Assembly: GCA_030295235.1 (NCBI GenBank)
Contig: AP026140.1
Location: 930,001-994,000 of the forward strand
Direction of reading: 5' to 3'
Source: Fistulifera solaris
Lineage: Eukaryota
DNA length: 64,000 bases
Below, in pieces: positions 48,704-60,134 of this stretch (positions within the stretch are counted from its first letter, which is position 1; each line of letters begins with the position of its first letter). Position numbers and translations under genes: made by a program. The notes under the pieces were generated by a model that saw only the letters and a program-made list of their open reading frames with translations, had not been told where the DNA came from and made no database searches.

Positions 48704-49543
48704 TCATCGTGACAGCCGCGGCTCTTCCTTGTTGAGAAAGAACTCCAAAGAGGGCGATAGAGCCTCGTGTGGACGGAGAGGGTACGACAAGGAAGAGGAA
48801 GAATCCCAGCGGCTGATCAGATGATCTTTGTCACTTACTTCACTCGCACCCAGAACTGCTGCTTCCAAAATGCTGCTGGGGGATCGGCCCAAGCGGATCG
48901 CTTCAATATGAGCTGTCGGATGAGTGAGACTTCTGGGCTTGTTTTTGAAGGTCGGTTGCGATTAGTGCGTGCTTCTTTCGATGAAGTTGAAATACTTGTA
49001 GAGGACTTCAACGTTTGAAGAAAAATGTTGGATTTGATATCAGGTTTGCGAATCACAGCGGAGCTTTTTCTCTTTCTGAGATGCAAAATCCAAAGGACTC
49101 AAGCTCGTTGCTTCATTCCACGACGGGGGGATGGTGCGCATTTGCCTGCTTGCTTTCACTGGACTGTGCATTCTCATGGGCTTGGAGGGAATTCGATCGC
49201 AGCTGCTACTTGTTCGTACAAGTCCGATCGATTGTGCCGTTGCAGTACTTTGTTTAGAAGTGGTGTCGAGGATCACGGAAGAGGCGGCTTTGAGCGTAGT
49301 AGAGGATATTTGCTTTTCACGCGAAATGGACCTTCGCCCTGGGGCTATTACACTGCGGGAAAATACAGCATTCTGGAGCGTGACAGGAGTAGGTGCGTCG
49401 CAAGAACCCAGATGCTTCGATGGAGCGGACGAAACCCGAGATAGTTTATCCAAATCAGGTCTGCTGCTTTTCCGAGTGGGCGGCGTAGGAGCCAGACAAC
49501 ACGAAGACGTCGAATGGCGAGGTGGGGTGAAAGTGGTGTTCAT
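48704..49543 (-). CDS. Ser-rich hypothetical protein, paralog 2; frameshifted (error or pseudogene)
   Basis: MNTTFTP..CCLAPTPPTRK, PDIKSNIF, LGASEVSD..LISRWDSSSS and SLEFFLN align to paralog 1 across three frames. Confidence 0.65.
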
Positions 49544-51614
49544 CTTTGCACGATGCTCACTCTATAGAGTGGAATAATCAAGTAGAATTGAAGAAATTAT
49601 GTTTTCCCCATTCTTGAGGACCGAAGCGCTCGACGAACTCAAAAGCTTCGAGGTCCGAGAAAAATTCAATCAAGGATTTTCGACGAACGATGCACCATTG
49701 ACCATCGAAGATCAAAAGTCATTTGTTAAAGCTTCGAAATAAGGTTGGGTGTAGGTAATACTTAGAGAAATGACTTTTCCTGAATATGTAAAACTAGGCT
49801 TGGAAGCTAGAGAACAGGTTCGCTCGTGTCATTCTTAGTCAAAAGGGCCACAGTTCTGAGGCCCTAAAAAGATCGCTCCAGTATGAAACTACTAAGTCTA
49901 AGTGGGAATGACTCATAGACACACACAGCAGAATATATCAAATTCAACCGATTTCCAAAACGATAAACGATAGTCTCTAAGACGAAGACACAAGAGACGA
50001 AAGACTCTAGAGTCTCTAGACTCTAGAGAGACTCAGAGAGAGAGAGCCGCGCTCCGCGGTTGGCGGTTACCGTTACCGGTTACAGGTTACAGTCCTGGCA
50101 TCGCACTTACAATTCTCCCAACACGACAATAAACATTAAAGCAATAAGCAATAAAGAAGAATTGTGATTGGATTTGGAAGCGGACTAATAGATTCTCTCT
50201 TCAGTGATTCGAATCTCCAACGACAAAAGAATAAAGAGAGAGTCTACCGTCTACCAGCACTGGTACCAGGTAAAGCTAAGTACTCCGGAGTAAGTAAGTT
50301 ACTCGCTGCTCAGTGCTCGGTGCGATGCATCTCGCATCTCGCGTTTCGCGTCACGCGTCACGCGTCATGGTTGAAGTTGAAAGTCATCGGTCATGGGTCA
50401 TCGGTCATCGGTCGGTTGTGGTTTGTGGTTATGATTTTTTTGATTCTGGTTGGATAGGCCGATAGGCCCACTCGTACTCGCACTCGCACTGAAGAAAGCA
50501 TGAGTCATGAGTCATGGATTCACGGGTCACTTTTAGGAAATATCGTGAGCATTGCGGCACGGAGGATCTTTTGGTAATTGGTAATCGCCGAATGAACGAT
50601 GTATCCTTGGCTGAATGTTGGCTCGCGATTTTGGATTACGCTTTTCGCTTTCGCCTTCTAGGTTGTAAAGCATTTAGGACTTTTGTTTTCCTTCTTCTGT
50701 TTGGAAAATGGATGCATTTCCAAACTGGTTTGGAAAGCTCGCTGAGCCATGTTTCGAATAGCAACGGCGAGCTTTCACTGGACTGGGTATTCTGACGGGT
50801 TTTGTGGACACCCAATCACATTTGTGGCGTTCAATCCCAGAGTGATCAATTGGCGCTCTCTCGCTCGCTCTTGGAAGGTTCGCGCGAGCATTATTGATAG
50901 TGAAGTCTCCGGGTTTAGTGTCAATCGTCTTTGTTTCTCAATAAACCCTCGTAGATGATGCACAGAACTTGCACCATTGTAAGAGTGCACCAAATGACGT
51001 TCAACGATCAACGATCAACGAGGTTACAGGTAGTCTATGGACTATGGACTATGGATACCTCTAGACTACTTTTTGAACCTAATCTTTTTTTTAAAAATAT
51101 TTATTAAGACTTTTGTCTCCGAAGGTATTTTGGATTTGGGGTTGGGCCCAAAGGAAACTCCGCGTCCCATGTCTCATACGTTGCCGAATCCCGGCGGATG
51201 CGAGACACGAGTATTTACGTTCGTGCGTACATACGTTCGTTTCGAGTTCGAACGTCGGTCCGTCATCCGCATTCCTCCAGTCTGCCGTCAGAGATGTCTC
51301 GTGCCCATCATCGCGCATTTCTCCACCGCGAAGATTCTTCGACCACATAACGTTCGCTCTCGTTCATCGCGACGAGAAAGGAAGTGCCCAAGCCGTTTCG
51401 GCTGCGATGTTCCGAGAACACACTCGTCCCAACCTTTTGTTTCCTCATTGCTGTAATTGAGAAGAATAAGGAAAGGGGATGATGAGCAGTGCACAAGGAG
51501 CAACTTATTCAGTTTCACTTTATTCTATCTCATTTTCCCTTCGTCGATATTCCTTCGCTCTTTTTTCTTCTTCTGACATTCCGAGTGATTCCATCGGATT
51601 CTCTGACATTGTAC

Positions 51615-54600
51615 ATGGGTTCGTACTCCTAATGCTGTTGTTACTGCGACTGACTAGCTTATCTTAGTTAGATTCTCACACTTTCTATCTCCTTTTTAGG
51701 TCTCTTAAAAGTCGGCGTCCCGAAAACATGGGAAGAATCGAAAAGAGATTTGAAATACATTCGAGAGGCGGGGATGCGACAATTCCTTTCGACATTTCGC
51801 CGCGTTAAAGACTTGAAAGGAGACGAACTGTTATGGGGGGATGAAATTGAATACGGAATATTTCATTTAGACCCAGAAACGAAAAAAAGTACGGTTGAGT
51901 TTGCGAGCAAAACAAGTAAGTATTTGCTAATTGTGTTCACTGCGACTCATTTGTTTGAGTATGAACCTCCTCTTACACCATCTGCTGCGCATAGATTATG
52001 GACGAACTTAACGAAAAGAATCACTGCATTCTCAAGTTGTCGAAGGATGTAATTGGGTACCTGAGTATGGAGCCTGGATGGTAGAAGCGACTCCAGATCG
52101 ACCGTACACCGGTTATACGACCGATTTACTTCGTGTCGAACGAAACATGCGTTTGCGGAGGAAGCGACTGTTAACAGTCTTGCAAGAAAATGAAGTGGCA
52201 CCTACTATTACGGCGTATTTTATGCTGGGGGCACAAGGAGAGGATGGAACCGTGCCGCCCACACCCGTCGGGGGACCCATCACGCAAAGTGATTACATCG
52301 GTGATGCCATCATCAATCCGCATCCTCGGTTTGGAACATTGACGGCAAATATTCGCCAACGACGCGGTGAAAAAGTGAGTATCCAAGTGCCGCTGTTTCG
52401 GGATTTGCATACTCCGGAGTATCAGAATTTTCAGGATCCGTTGATGCACGGTGATACGGATGGATGTTGCGGCAGTGATTCGTTGCAAGTATGGCGGTAT
52501 GGAAGGAATTGTCGCGCACGAGAGCAGTACGGAAAGGACTTTGTGCTGACGGGCTGTTCGGATCAGGAAGAACTCTTCTGGAAAAGGAAGAAGAAGGATA
52601 CCTCTTACAAAAATGGTTGGTCGATGTTCAATGCGTCGGTTGTAAGGGGCTCTTTTATCGTCGAGCACCGGGGGAAATTGTGGCGGATGCAGATTGGCCT
52701 CGCAATGGAGAAGTTGTCCTAGGTTATGAATTACAGGATCCGCCCAACTGGATTCGATTGCAAAATGGTTACTATTTGCCGTTGAAAAGTGACGACGGAA
52801 AAATTCAATTTCTTCACAAAATAACAGCTCGGACGGTGTCGGCTATGGAGAACAATGGCATCAAAAGTAGTGTCGGCAGCAAAACTCCATTGTTTCGGAA
52901 TGCACCCAACGTTGCTGCCGCATCTCTTATGGAAGGCAAAGTAACGTTGGGTACAGCCGTGTTCCAAACGACTCGCGAAGCCGTTGACGGGGGTCATCCA
53001 CCACAGCAACTGCGGTCCCAACTACGCTCACTGCCATTCCATTGGTACCTACCACATCGGAAACAAAATCACCCTCTCCGACAGAAGCCCTCCGCGCAGC
53101 GATTCACATGGACGCCATGGCTTTTGAATGGGAAATTGCTGCTTGCAAATTACATTTCAAGCACAGGATATTGACGAAAGTCGTTACATTTACGATCAAT
53201 TGGCTGTATTGACTCCGATATTGATGGCACTGACAGCTGCTACACCTATTTTGCGCGGAAGACTCGCCGATACGGACGCTCGCTGGGGAGTCATTAGTGA
53301 AAGCGTGGACGATCGGACACCCGCCGAGCGCGGCCGGCCGGATCCGAATGCGCCGTACGAAGCGCTGAATGCCAATGGTCAACGCCGTATTTATAAGAGT
53401 CGATACGATTCAATCAGCACATATATTTACCAGGGAGGTCCTTGTAAGGACGATCGACGGGTTCGCAACAGTTACAATGATATTCCGGTCCCAGTGGATG
53501 GTGATTGCTACCAAATGCTTTTGGAAAATGGAGTCGATGCGGCTTTAGCCCAGCACGTTAGTCATTTATTCATTCGCGATCCTTTGGTAGTGTTCGATGG
53601 AGCCGTGACGGAAGTGGATGACGAAACACAGACCGAACATTGGGAAAGCATTCAAAGTACCAACTGGTAAGTTGTATTCGAGGAAATCGGATCATAATTG
53701 TAAGATTAGATGCCTCTCAACACGTCGCTTACAGGCAAACAGTTCGCTGGAAGCCTCCTCCGCCTCGTAACAGCCCAAATGATCCGCACATTGGTTGGCG
53801 TACGGAGTTTCGTAGTATGGAGTTGCAGCTGACTGACTTCGAGAACGCTGCATTCACAGCGTTTATTGTGCTGCTAACGCGTGTGATCTTGACTTTTGAT
53901 CTAAACTTATACATTCCGTTGAGTCGTGTGGATGCCAACATGCAACGAGCGCACAGCCGTAATGCGTCCGCCAAGGGAAAATTCTTTTCCGACGACATTT
54001 GGCGCCTTTGGAGGAAGGCGATGATGGATATGGTGTAAAATATGTTAGCATGTTTTCTAGTGCTTTGAATGGAAGTGCGGTAGCCTTGGACGATGAGAGT
54101 GATAACGTGGATGGGCTGGTTACTTCCGGAACAGATACACCGATAACAACGTTGGTGGGTAAGGAAGTCTCGCAACGCGAAGCAGCACCGTGTGCGCTTG
54201 GATCATCGGAAGAACATTCTTACGAAGAAATGAGTATGGCGGAAATTATGTGTGGAAAAGGGGATTACTTCCCAGGATTGATACCTCTCGTGCATGCATA
54301 TCTGGATCACATCAGTTGTGACAAGGTAACACGTGAACGACTGGACAAGTACCTTGATTTCCTGGAGCGTCGTGCGAAGGGAGAACTGGTGACACCCGCT
54401 ACCTGGATGAGGACGTTTGTACGAAACCATCCCAAATACAAACGCGATTCGATCGTCACGGACGAGATTGCGTACGATCTGATGGTGGCGTGTCGTGACA
54501 TTGGCTTGGGAAAATTACATGTACCCGAGTTGTTAGGACCATATGCGATTGAACCCATAACCACGGAAGGAGCCTACGATGTGCCATTACAAACGACACG

Positions 54601-54709
54601 TGTTCGTAATCGACAACTGCTGGGTCTACTCAGAAGATATACGAGCCGCCAATCGTTCGCGCGTTCGAAAGGAGATGGTTCGTCCAGCGACGAAAGGCTA
54701 AACGAATGA
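51615..54709 (+). CDS. GSH1: Glutamate-cysteine ligase catalytic subunit (animal/fungal-type); introns ~51619-51699, ~51916-51994, ~53667-53734; several indels
   Basis: Spliced MGLLKVG start, LLWGDEIEY, PEYGAWMVEATP, INPHPRF, MGNCCLQITFQA, KSRYDS, HWESIQSTNW, GWRTEFR and TDFENAA. Confidence 0.93.
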
Positions 54710-55271
54710 ATTAAATCGGAGCGCCATATGCTAAGCTTGTAGAATAGCAAACGTTTCGACAGATGTTAGAAAATGTGTTAGGGTGCTAAATGGATCTTTA
54801 TTGCTGTATCAAACCTTTGGCTTGCAGGTCAAAAAGAGACAACCTTAACTCAGCTCAATGCACGTGGCTTAATAGTTTGTTTTAAGCTTTAGATCAGACG
54901 CATAGTTTGAAAATAACGAGCACAATCCAAGCAATGATTGTTAGTAACGAAACACCACTTAGGGTCTGCACCTGTAGACAAGCCTAGAAACAATCATGAC
55001 TCGAGACTCACGACTGAAAAGCAGTCGTGGTCACTGCACCGGCACATTGTTTATCTCATACGTACTGTAGTAGTAACGCCATTCAAACGTGGTACATTTC
55101 AGTTTATAGAAAGTCGTTCAACGGCTTCCCTCGGACACGATAATTATTGAAAGAGACATCGTCGCATTTATTGCGACGATGTTTCGTTGCCCTATGATTT
55201 ATTTCCCTTCGGTTGTCTCTTGCTCTTCCTTTCGTTCATAAAAATACAGATCTTCTTGTATCCTTTACACT

Positions 55272-56486
55272 ATGGAAACCTCGGATCACACGGCAACTTC
55301 GGAGGACCCGTTTCTCGCGCGAAAACGCAGTTCCGGAACGACGACGAAACGAAGTACGGCCGGTCATCTTCGCCTCGACGAGGAAAACGGAAGTCAATCG
55401 AATGCTTCATTGCGCACGAAGCGAAAACGCAAAACTGCGGCTTCGGCTACCGCGAATTGTATCAAATATGGGGCTCTCTTCCTACTGGTGGCGCAAATGG
55501 TGGGCCTGGTATTACTGATGCGATACACTCGTACGCAAGAAGGTCAAATGTATCTTGCATCCACCGCGGTTTTCTTCATGGAAATGCTTAAATTAGTCAT
55601 CTGCGTGGTAATTGCGGTCTATCAAATTGGATGGAAGGAATCGTGGCGGCAAACTTTGGTTCCGGTGGAGTTATTCAAGCTCTGTGTTCCTTCTTTTCTG
55701 TACACGATTCAGAACAATCTGCTCTATTTGGCATTAAGCCACTTGGATGCTGCGACCTATCAAGTGTGTTATCAGCTCAAAATATTAACGACGGCCATCT
55801 TTAGTGTTGTGTTACTGCAACGACAATTCTCCGCGCAGAAATGGCTCTCTCTCGTGTTGTTAATGGTGGGAGTCATTGTCGTTCAGTTTCATTCCTCCAG
55901 CGAGAGCGATAATCATCATCATCATCACCCTGAAGATGTCCTGCCGCAACACAAGAATGTGCTGGATGGAGCAGATGCAACAACACACGCATCGGAACGG
56001 TTCATTGGATTTGTAGCCGTCTTGTGTGCGGCTTGTACGTCTGGATTCTCGGGTGTCTATTTCGAAAAGATCTTGAAAGGAAGTACGACGAGTTTGTGGA
56101 TTCGCAATGTGCAGATGGGATTGCCTTCGGTGCTAGTCGCATTTGCGACTGTCTTGCTGAAAGACGGGGCTTCCGTGCGCACACAAGGACTGTTGCAAGG
56201 ATACAATCGAACCGTGTGGACCGTAATTTGGGTCCAGGCACTGGGTGGACTCATTGTAGCTACTGTCGTCAAGTACGCCGACAATGTTTTAAAGGTGTTT
56301 GCTGCCAGTTTCAGTATTGTCTTATCGTCGGTCATTTCGGCGGTCCTCTTCGATTTCCACCCGACAGCGTCGTTTGTAGTGGGAGCTTCGTTAGTAATTC
56401 TAGCCACCATCTTGTATGCGGCACCCGAAAAGAAAAGAAGAAAGAAGACTATACTACCACTCACATCTTCTAGTCTCAAGAGGTAG
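55272..56486 (+). CDS. Nucleotide-sugar transporter (SLC35A family)
   Basis: VPSFLYTIQNNL, YQLKILTTAIF, SGFSGVYFEKILK and VVKYADNVLK. Confidence 0.92.
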   Translation: METSDHTATSEDPFLARKRSSGTTTKRSTAGHLRLDEENGSQSNASLRTKRKRKTAASATANCIKYGALFLLVAQMVGLVLLMRYTRTQEGQMYLASTAVFFMEMLKLVICVVIAVYQIGWKESWRQTLVPVELFKLCVPSFLYTIQNNLLYLALSHLDAATYQVCYQLKILTTAIFSVVLLQRQFSAQKWLSLVLLMVGVIVVQFHSSSESDNHHHHHPEDVLPQHKNVLDGADATTHASERFIGFVAVLCAACTSGFSGVYFEKILKGSTTSLWIRNVQMGLPSVLVAFATVLLKDGASVRTQGLLQGYNRTVWTVIWVQALGGLIVATVVKYADNVLKVFAASFSIVLSSVISAVLFDFHPTASFVVGASLVILATILYAAPEKKRRKKTILPLTSSSLKR

Positions 56487-56590
56487 TTGTAGGACATTAA
56501 TAGGTTACGCTCGATAAAGCTAAATGTTGAAGAGAGCCAACAGAAAACGAAAAACATTAGTTGCACGATTCAAAGTCTGTATCTTTCGTT

Positions 56591-58212
56591 TTACAAAGCC
56601 GAACCGCCACGTTGTGTCATTTCGGCGTAAAACTGTTCATCTTCTTGCTTGGATTTTCGTTTTTGCATGACATTGGTCTCGTACCGTTGTCGTTTACGGT
56701 CCGAAGCTTGCAAGGCTTGTAATTTCTCTTCATACGTGGTTCCCATTGACCGGTCGGCCATGGGAATGTGAGTCTCCGTATTGTTCATAATTTGTCCGTT
56801 CTGCTGCAGCCATTCCATGGCTTGTTTCCATGAAATCATTCTTTCTGACGGCACAGCTGCGATTTCATTTGTTAAATTTGCAAAATAACGCTTATTGTTC
56901 TTCTTCGATTGCACGCGCTTCTTTTCCAGATAGAATGCTTGCAGGTCGTCAGTACGAACTGTCAAGGACTCGATTGTTTCCAACAAATTCTGGATTCGTG
57001 CTGCCGTTAAAATGAGTTCCTTCCACTGCTCTTTTTGTGTTTCATAGACAGACCATAAGTTTGCGACGGTATACCCAAATTGCAAATGGCCGAAGCCGCA
57101 GTTGTGCAATACCAACGGTCGTTCAGGAGCCAGGGGATACGCTGGTTTCCCTGGATACTTCTTAACATCAAGCAACTCCGAAATAAGAGTCGGTGATTCG
57201 TATCCTCGACCGATACTAAACAAAATGGAAGCAATGCAGCGGATTTGATGCCAAAGAAAAGCCTGTCCTTGAATCTGAAAGTAGCAGACTCCAGACGCCG
57301 GCGGTTCTTTCTCCACAATGATGGCCTGATGAATCACCCGTTTGAAATTGTACACCTTTTCCACATCCATTTTACAAAAATTACGAAAATCATGTTCCCC
57401 CAGCAACAAGGTCATGGCATCTCGCATGCGCTCCAGATCCATTGATTCGGAATGAAAAAGTACCGATACGTCCGGTCGCGACACGAGAATCGCGCCGAGA
57501 AGGCATCGTCCACAGGTACCCAGCCTAATACTTGTATGTCAGATGGCAATAGATTGTTGAGAACTCGATCGTACGCGTATTCTCGAACGGTCCGCAATTG
57601 TTTCGGAGCACTTGGTTTGCGGGGAGGAACCCAAAGTTGCAGTGCATCTACTGCATTTTTCGGCAATTCATCTGTATTCAGTAGCCGTTGACCAGCTTCA
57701 TCCCAGGATGCTTGTAAAGAAATGGCACTTTTCAATTGCAACGCCACCACTTGGCCCGCCGCACTGACACCTTTATCGGTCCGACCACAACGTGAATATT
57801 GACAGCTGGATCGACCTTCTATCAAATATGCTTGACGCAACGCACGAAACAGTGCCTTTTCGACCGACTGATCGTGTTCGACACCAACATTTTCGGCCAA
57901 ACCAGTGTACTTGGAGCCGTCGTAATAGATTTGTAACGCAATGTGTCGTTTTCGAACGGTCGGCGGTTCTTGTTGCGCTAGCACAGTTGAAGCTGGAGCT
58001 ACTATTGAAGCACTGATGGAATTATTAGGTAACTGGGTCGATTGAGTCTCAGGGTAGAGTGTTGCAACAACCGATCGAAGTATTTCTTCATTCACCTGAT
58101 TCGTCTCTAGCAAATGAGATACAATTTCCAAAGCTTGCTCGCCATGTATTTCGAAAGGCTTTCCTTCCTCTCCTTTAAGAGACTTTAAGAAGATGGGTTT
58201 CTTGTTTGTCAT
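56591..58212 (-). CDS. PUS3: tRNA pseudouridine 38/39 synthase (PUS3/DEG1); frameshift ~57455
   Basis: YSRCGRTDKGVSAAGQV, FSARFSC..RTYRYFF, GEHDFRNFCKMD and AFLWHQIRC. Confidence 0.9.
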
Positions 58213-58316
58213 TTAAAGAATGAATAGGATAATTGGTAGGCTTGTTACTTGGTACGATATATGGAATGACGGAATGAAAGAAAATGGATGGTTGATCTCT
58301 TTTCCTAAAAACAATC

Positions 58317-58498
58317 TCCCAGATTTTCTGGACATGTGAAAATACCACACCCCCACATTTTCTGGAAACGTGAAAATAACACACGCCCACATTTTCTGGA
58401 GACGTCAGTTTATCACTCACCCATATTTTCTGGACGCGTGATAGAACAGCAGTCTCCAGATTTCGAGTAAGGTTACACCCCCAGATTTTCTGGAAACA
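58317..58498. repeat. Minisatellite, about 5 units of CCCA(G/C)ATTTTCTGGA..CGTGAAAATA
   Basis: Visible tandem units between divergent PUS3 and FBPase. The reverse complement matches the 4534-4794 unit. Confidence 0.8.
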
Positions 58499-58818
58499 TC
58501 CCATCGTGCAAACCCCAGCGCGACTGAAGAATCGCAGTCACGAAAAAAGCGCCACCCTAGAAAATTCGTTGCGGTTGCGGACGACGAAAGTTGTTCTCTT
58601 GTGGGGAACATCTGCTCGTCGGTGGGAAAGATCGACGATTTTGTTGTTGAGAAGAAGATACGTCAGTCGCAGCGCGCGTAAACGACGAAAAAAGACACTT
58701 TGACGAGAACGCACAAAATAGGAAAAAGAAGATTCTTGTGCACCTAGCCGAGAGCCAATAGCTTCTTCTTGGGATAATCGTCGTTGTATCACCTTTCGCT
58801 CTCTTCAGTATATTCAGC

Positions 58819-59960
58819 ATGTCCAGCAAATTCGATTCGGTGAGTTTGTTCGTTATATTGTGTTCTTTTTCGTCATGAGAATGCATTTTTTCCCCTGTTT
58901 GTTCCTCACAAGGTATCTTACGCATGCATCTCACCTTGATTATTCGACTCTTCAGAACGCCGCGACTTTGAGTCGCTTTGTCATGTCACAGACGAACGAT
59001 CACGATCTTGTTATCTTGTTAAATGCTCTCGCTATTTCTTGCAAACTCATTACTTCGGCCGTACAAAGAGCCGGCGTGGCGAAATTGTACGGTCTCGCTG
59101 GAGAAGTCAACAGTACCGGAGATGATCAAAAGAAACTCGATGTTTTATCGAATGATATGATGATTAATGCGCTCATTCATTCCGGTGTCTGCAGTGTCCT
59201 CGTTTCGGAAGAGAATGAAGAACCCATTATTGTGCCGCCCGCGTATTCGGGCAAATTCTGTGTCGCCTTTGATCCTCTCGATGGATCCAGCAACATTGAT
59301 TGCAACGTCAGTGTCGGTACGATCTTTAGCGTGTACGAACGCAAACCCGGCAGTCACGGATCCGTCGATGACTTGCTCCGCTCCGGAGCGCATTGCATTT
59401 GCGCTGGCTACGTCGTCTACAGTTCGGCCGTCGAACTTGTTTTCACGTTTCGGGGAGGCGATGTGCACGGGTTTTGTCTCGATAGTACCATTGGTGAATT
59501 CGTACACACGCGCGAGAAAATGATGTTCCCGGCGGATGGTGGAAAACGCATCTATTCTTGCAATGAAGGCAACGCCGTGCACTGGGATGACCCTATTCAA
59601 GAAGCGGTTGAACATTTCAAGACGGCCGAACAGCCGTACACGGCACGCTATGTCGGATCCATGGTAGCTGATATTCATCGCACCATCTTGTATGGTGGAA
59701 TTTATCTCTATCCGGCCGATGCCAAGGCGAAGAAGGGTAAATTGCGATTGCTCTATGAAGGGATTCCCATGGCCATGATTATCGAACAGGCGGGTGGTAT
59801 CGCGTCGACGGGAATGTTTGAAGGGAAGATTCAACGAGTCTTGGATTTGACACCCAATGAAATTCATGCCAAATGCCCTATTATCATGGGTGGAAAGCGG
59901 GATGTTCAAGTGGTGTACGATCAGTATGCTAAACACGGAGTCAATGTACCTTCGCTCTAA
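58819..59960 (+). CDS. FBP: Cytosolic fructose-1,6-bisphosphatase; intron 58840-58955
   Basis: GDDQKKLDV, FDPLDGSSNIDCNVSVGTIF, RYVGSMVADIHRT and GKLRLLYEG. Short exon 1 MSSKFDS with no targeting peptide. Confidence 0.95.
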
Positions 59961-60134
59961 GCAAGCACAGTCTATTAATGAAGTGAAAGCGAGTGTGTAG
60001 CACAAATTTATGCTAAACGAATGATAAAAGCCAATTTTTACAAAGATGCCAAGTACAACATGCTAAGTAGTAATCGTCGAAACCCTCAAAGTAGAAAAAC
60101 GTGTCCAACAGCAAGCTTTTTATCTTCTCAATTG

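Noticed and set aside
59145..60005. 286-aa antisense ORF over FBPase (likewise 9960-10940, 153-806 and 37683-38168)
   Set aside because: Shadow ORFs of well-supported genes on the opposite strand, with no recognisable motifs.
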